Program-made: the position numbers and the translations under genes
Notes under the pieces: generated by a model
The model's database searches: none
What the model saw: only the letters and a program-made list of their open reading frames with translations
What the model was told of the DNA's origin: nothing
Shown: positions 61,200-64,000 of the stretch, piece by piece
Layout: each line of letters starts with the position of its first letter
How positions within the stretch are numbered: the first letter of the stretch is position 1
From: Flectonema sp. DT1601
Taxonomy: Eukaryota
Reading direction: 5' to 3'
DNA: 64,000 bases
NCBI GenBank assembly: GCA_964019425.1
Contig: OZ025790.1
Coordinates: 1,178,001 to 1,242,000 of the forward strand

Positions 61200-62651
61200 A
61201 TGTATTTACCCTCTATTCTAAGAACCTTTATGCTGACAGTAATTACCCTTGCGATTGTGAGCGCGGGTAAAGAACTTGACAAACAATCGATTATCGCGGA
61301 GGCAAACTCCCTTATGAAAGAAGCGAGTACGGTAACTGGGAGAGAGAGGCTTGAACTTCTTAAAAAAGCAGCTAGAATGGTCCCTGATAAGCTAGAACCA
61401 TTGTACAATTTGGGAATCGCTGCGAAGGAGGTGGGGGATGTTGATATTGCTTTGGGTGCTTTCGGTGAAATTGGAAGAAAAATAAACCGAAAAACAAACA
61501 AGGGAGCGAAGATATACCAAGAAGTCACAATGCAGTACGCATCTCTAATCCTACAACACCCTACTTATTCAGGAGATAGTAATCATTTAAATAGTATTAT
61601 ATCAACTCTTTCACCCTTTGAGAATGACGACGACGTTCAACTCTTATTAATCAAATCATATTTCAAACTGGGTAACTATGCTTCAACTAGTGTACTGATA
61701 AGTAAATTGATCGAAATCAAAGACCCAGAAATTAATTTTATAAAATCCTATTTGTCGTCGGACGTCACACAGTTATCGTCACTCGTTGAAACAGCGAATT
61801 TCTCTCCAAGTCAGCTGACAGATTTTGGTTTTTCTTTACTGGCTATTGATGAAGATCTTGCAATCAAATATTTCTCTTCCGCGATATTAATCTCTTCTGA
61901 AGCAGGATCCTTTTCTGGAGCTGCGGGATACCAGGTAGTTCAAGGTAGCAATAATAACACTCTAGTAGACTTAGTGGTAACAAAGTTGATGAAGCAGAGC
62001 GTTTGGAATCATCACCAACAGCGGGTGTCTTATTTAGTTGACGTCGATTCACAGCCATTTCCTGATTCAGAAACAGAGAGCTTAATTAGTATAATTCCGA
62101 TTTTGTTATCCAGTGCGGAGGTCATTATTGAGGAGTGGGATGCTGCAGTCGCAAGTCAAAGGCTAAAATTGAAATCAGAAGCTGAACATCAAAGGCTTAG
62201 TACTGGTTGGGGTGAGTTCTCTTATGTTGTTGGAGGAGTTAAGTCTGACAGTAGTGGAGAGTTTGAGTTGTTGTTTCCAAAGACCGCAAATATTTTATCA
62301 AATGTTGAGTTACTACCAAAAGGTTTCATTGGATTCAGTTCTCTCCAACCTCAAACATCTATCGCCTCTCACTGCGGAGCAACAAACCACAAGTTGAGAT
62401 TACATTTGGGTGTTACAGTTCCTTCTGTTTGCCAACCTCAGTCTGTAGAACCTCTTTGTGCTATTAAAGTAGGAAATGAAACACGTGGATGGTTACCCGG
62501 TGGTGTTCTAACTTTGGATGATAGTTTCCTTCACTCTGTTTGGAATAACGGAACTGAAACTCGAGTCGTTCTGATTATTGACGTCTGGCACCCGAACTTA
62601 AGTAAACAACAGAGGAAACAGATTACCGCTGATTTTGGATACTCTTCGTGA
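61200..62651 (+). CDS. Secretory-pathway aspartyl/asparaginyl beta-hydroxylase-domain protein with TPR-like repeats
   Basis: HCGATNHKLRLHLG, DDSFLHSVWN, RVVLIIDVWHP; signal peptide; TPR-like LYNLGIAAKEVGDVDIALGAF. Confidence 0.88.
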   Translation: MYLPSILRTFMLTVITLAIVSAGKELDKQSIIAEANSLMKEASTVTGRERLELLKKAARMVPDKLEPLYNLGIAAKEVGDVDIALGAFGEIGRKINRKTNKGAKIYQEVTMQYASLILQHPTYSGDSNHLNSIISTLSPFENDDDVQLLLIKSYFKLGNYASTSVLISKLIEIKDPEINFIKSYLSSDVTQLSSLVETANFSPSQLTDFGFSLLAIDEDLAIKYFSSAILISSEAGSFSGAAGYQVVQGSNNNTLVDLVVTKLMKQSVWNHHQQRVSYLVDVDSQPFPDSETESLISIIPILLSSAEVIIEEWDAAVASQRLKLKSEAEHQRLSTGWGEFSYVVGGVKSDSSGEFELLFPKTANILSNVELLPKGFIGFSSLQPQTSIASHCGATNHKLRLHLGVTVPSVCQPQSVEPLCAIKVGNETRGWLPGGVLTLDDSFLHSVWNNGTETRVVLIIDVWHPNLSKQQRKQITADFGYSS

Positions 62652-62984
62652 GAGTTATGGTAATGAGGAACACCTGACATTCTGAGTGGATTCCATTCCT
62701 GTAAGTCACCTACAGCGCTGGCTTCCTTTAGGAAATATAACGATGCGAAAACTCTTCAGGTGATTATCTAATCTAGTTGTGACGACTTCGCGGCGTTGTA
62801 ATCTTAAAGACTTTCTTACTAAGCATTTTTACATTTATTCAAATCCGTTCGTATTGTAACTGTTATTATTATTATTCCCACTTTAGTCTACCTGCTATGG
62901 TTACTTACCATGTGGGGATAAACATCGGTAACTATTTGTAATTACCAACCTATTTGCCAGTCCGATAAGAAAAAAAAATAAACA

Positions 62985-64000
62985 ATGTTGGTCGGGGTAG
63001 CTGTAGTTGCAGCATTGATGAGTGGGGTGACTCAGATTGATCCTGTGTCGGTATTTAGAACATGTTTTACTCCTGGGGATTGCGAGATCTTTCAAGCAGA
63101 GCAATCATCATGTAGTGATAAGCAGTTGTGCACATGCGCAACGCAAACCTTTGATTTGAAGCAGTGTTTCGCAAGGAATCAAGCTGGAGTCACAGAGCCT
63201 TCAGTGCATGACAGGCTTAATATTGTGTGGGCAATGTCCCACGGGACTTTCATTCCACCAGCGACGTCATCTTTTACAACTAAAAGAATTGTCAACTGTG
63301 GTTCGTTAGCTGCATTCGAAAGAGCGTATCTACCACAAGTCCAGTCACTACTCCCTAGAGAAATAACTAACTTAGAAATTAAAATCATCTGCTACACTTC
63401 AGGCAGCGATTCTTTTATGAAATCAATGGTCAAGTTCGATGCCCCAGCGAGTCTACTATTCACCTCTGGTAGCAGTGATAGTAATATGATAAGAAGATTA
63501 GCAACAAACTTAAACAGCATCGTTCTTAAGGAATCACAAACTAATACAGACCTGTACGCTGGAGGTCATATAACTCATGCACATGCTGCGACTGTTCAGG
63601 CGTTAGCGAAGTGCGCTCCGGATGATTCTACGATCCTGTCTGTGTCGTTTTCAACAGATGCTTCATTAACGAACTACTTAGAAGGAACTCTAAGCTGCAA
63701 TCCAATGATTTGTAAAAGTACCTACAGATGGGAACAGACTGCTGATGGTGGAAGTCGATGCATTGCAGTTCCAACAGCTGTTCCTACGACTGTCCCAACT
63801 ACTAATGCGCCATCACCAGATGATGTTACTCGTTCTGTTACTGTTGAAGTAACAGTCACTGGTGAACTTACTGAACTTCAAGCTGGTCTTTCAGTTATAA
63901 AACAGACAATTGGAACAGGACTTGGTAACTCAGAACCTGCTGAATGTGTTAGTGTATGTCGTAGGTCACTAAGAATCAGTGCGTTCTATGACTCTGAATG
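62985..64000 (+). CDS. Secreted/surface Cys-rich protein, truncated by the window end (not in the ORF track)
   Basis: Frame MLVGVAVVAALMSGVTQIDPVSVFRTCFTPGDC... is open to the window end; PTAVPTTVPT linker. Confidence 0.8.
   Translation, partial: MLVGVAVVAALMSGVTQIDPVSVFRTCFTPGDCEIFQAEQSSCSDKQLCTCATQTFDLKQCFARNQAGVTEPSVHDRLNIVWAMSHGTFIPPATSSFTTKRIVNCGSLAAFERAYLPQVQSLLPREITNLEIKIICYTSGSDSFMKSMVKFDAPASLLFTSGSSDSNMIRRLATNLNSIVLKESQTNTDLYAGGHITHAHAATVQALAKCAPDDSTILSVSFSTDASLTNYLEGTLSCNPMICKSTYRWEQTADGGSRCIAVPTAVPTTVPTTNAPSPDDVTRSVTVEVTVTGELTELQAGLSVIKQTIGTGLGNSEPAECVSVCRRSLRISAFYDSE

Overview
AT-rich eukaryotic nuclear DNA. It is most likely a euglenozoan and looks diplonemid-like; this is inferred from about 21 genes all on the + strand, U-rich AG acceptor-like sites ahead of nearly every start codon, and short GT-AG introns. 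Genes encode a SAM+WW protein, a DnaJ protein, a GRAM/VASt sterol transporter, an EF-hand/CNBD K+ channel, NOP58, three protein kinases, two paralogous Dispatched/Patched-like SSD transporters with EGF-like Cys-rich loops, a UBL-LRR protein, an RRM/MYND protein, a G8-domain surface protein, a methyltransferase and an AspH-like hydroxylase. The main non-coding signal is a short TSD-flanked retro-type element present in two copies, both inserted at ACTAAC. The longer copy carries a complete hammerhead ribozyme core in a non-circularly permuted strand order. Also notable: all 17 reconstructed cis-introns end in A/C-rich rather than U-rich tracts (one is a perfect (AAC)441 run), a MITE carries a tRNA-derived fragment, and a decayed antisense ORF sits inside an intron. 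All calls were made by eye; no searches were run.
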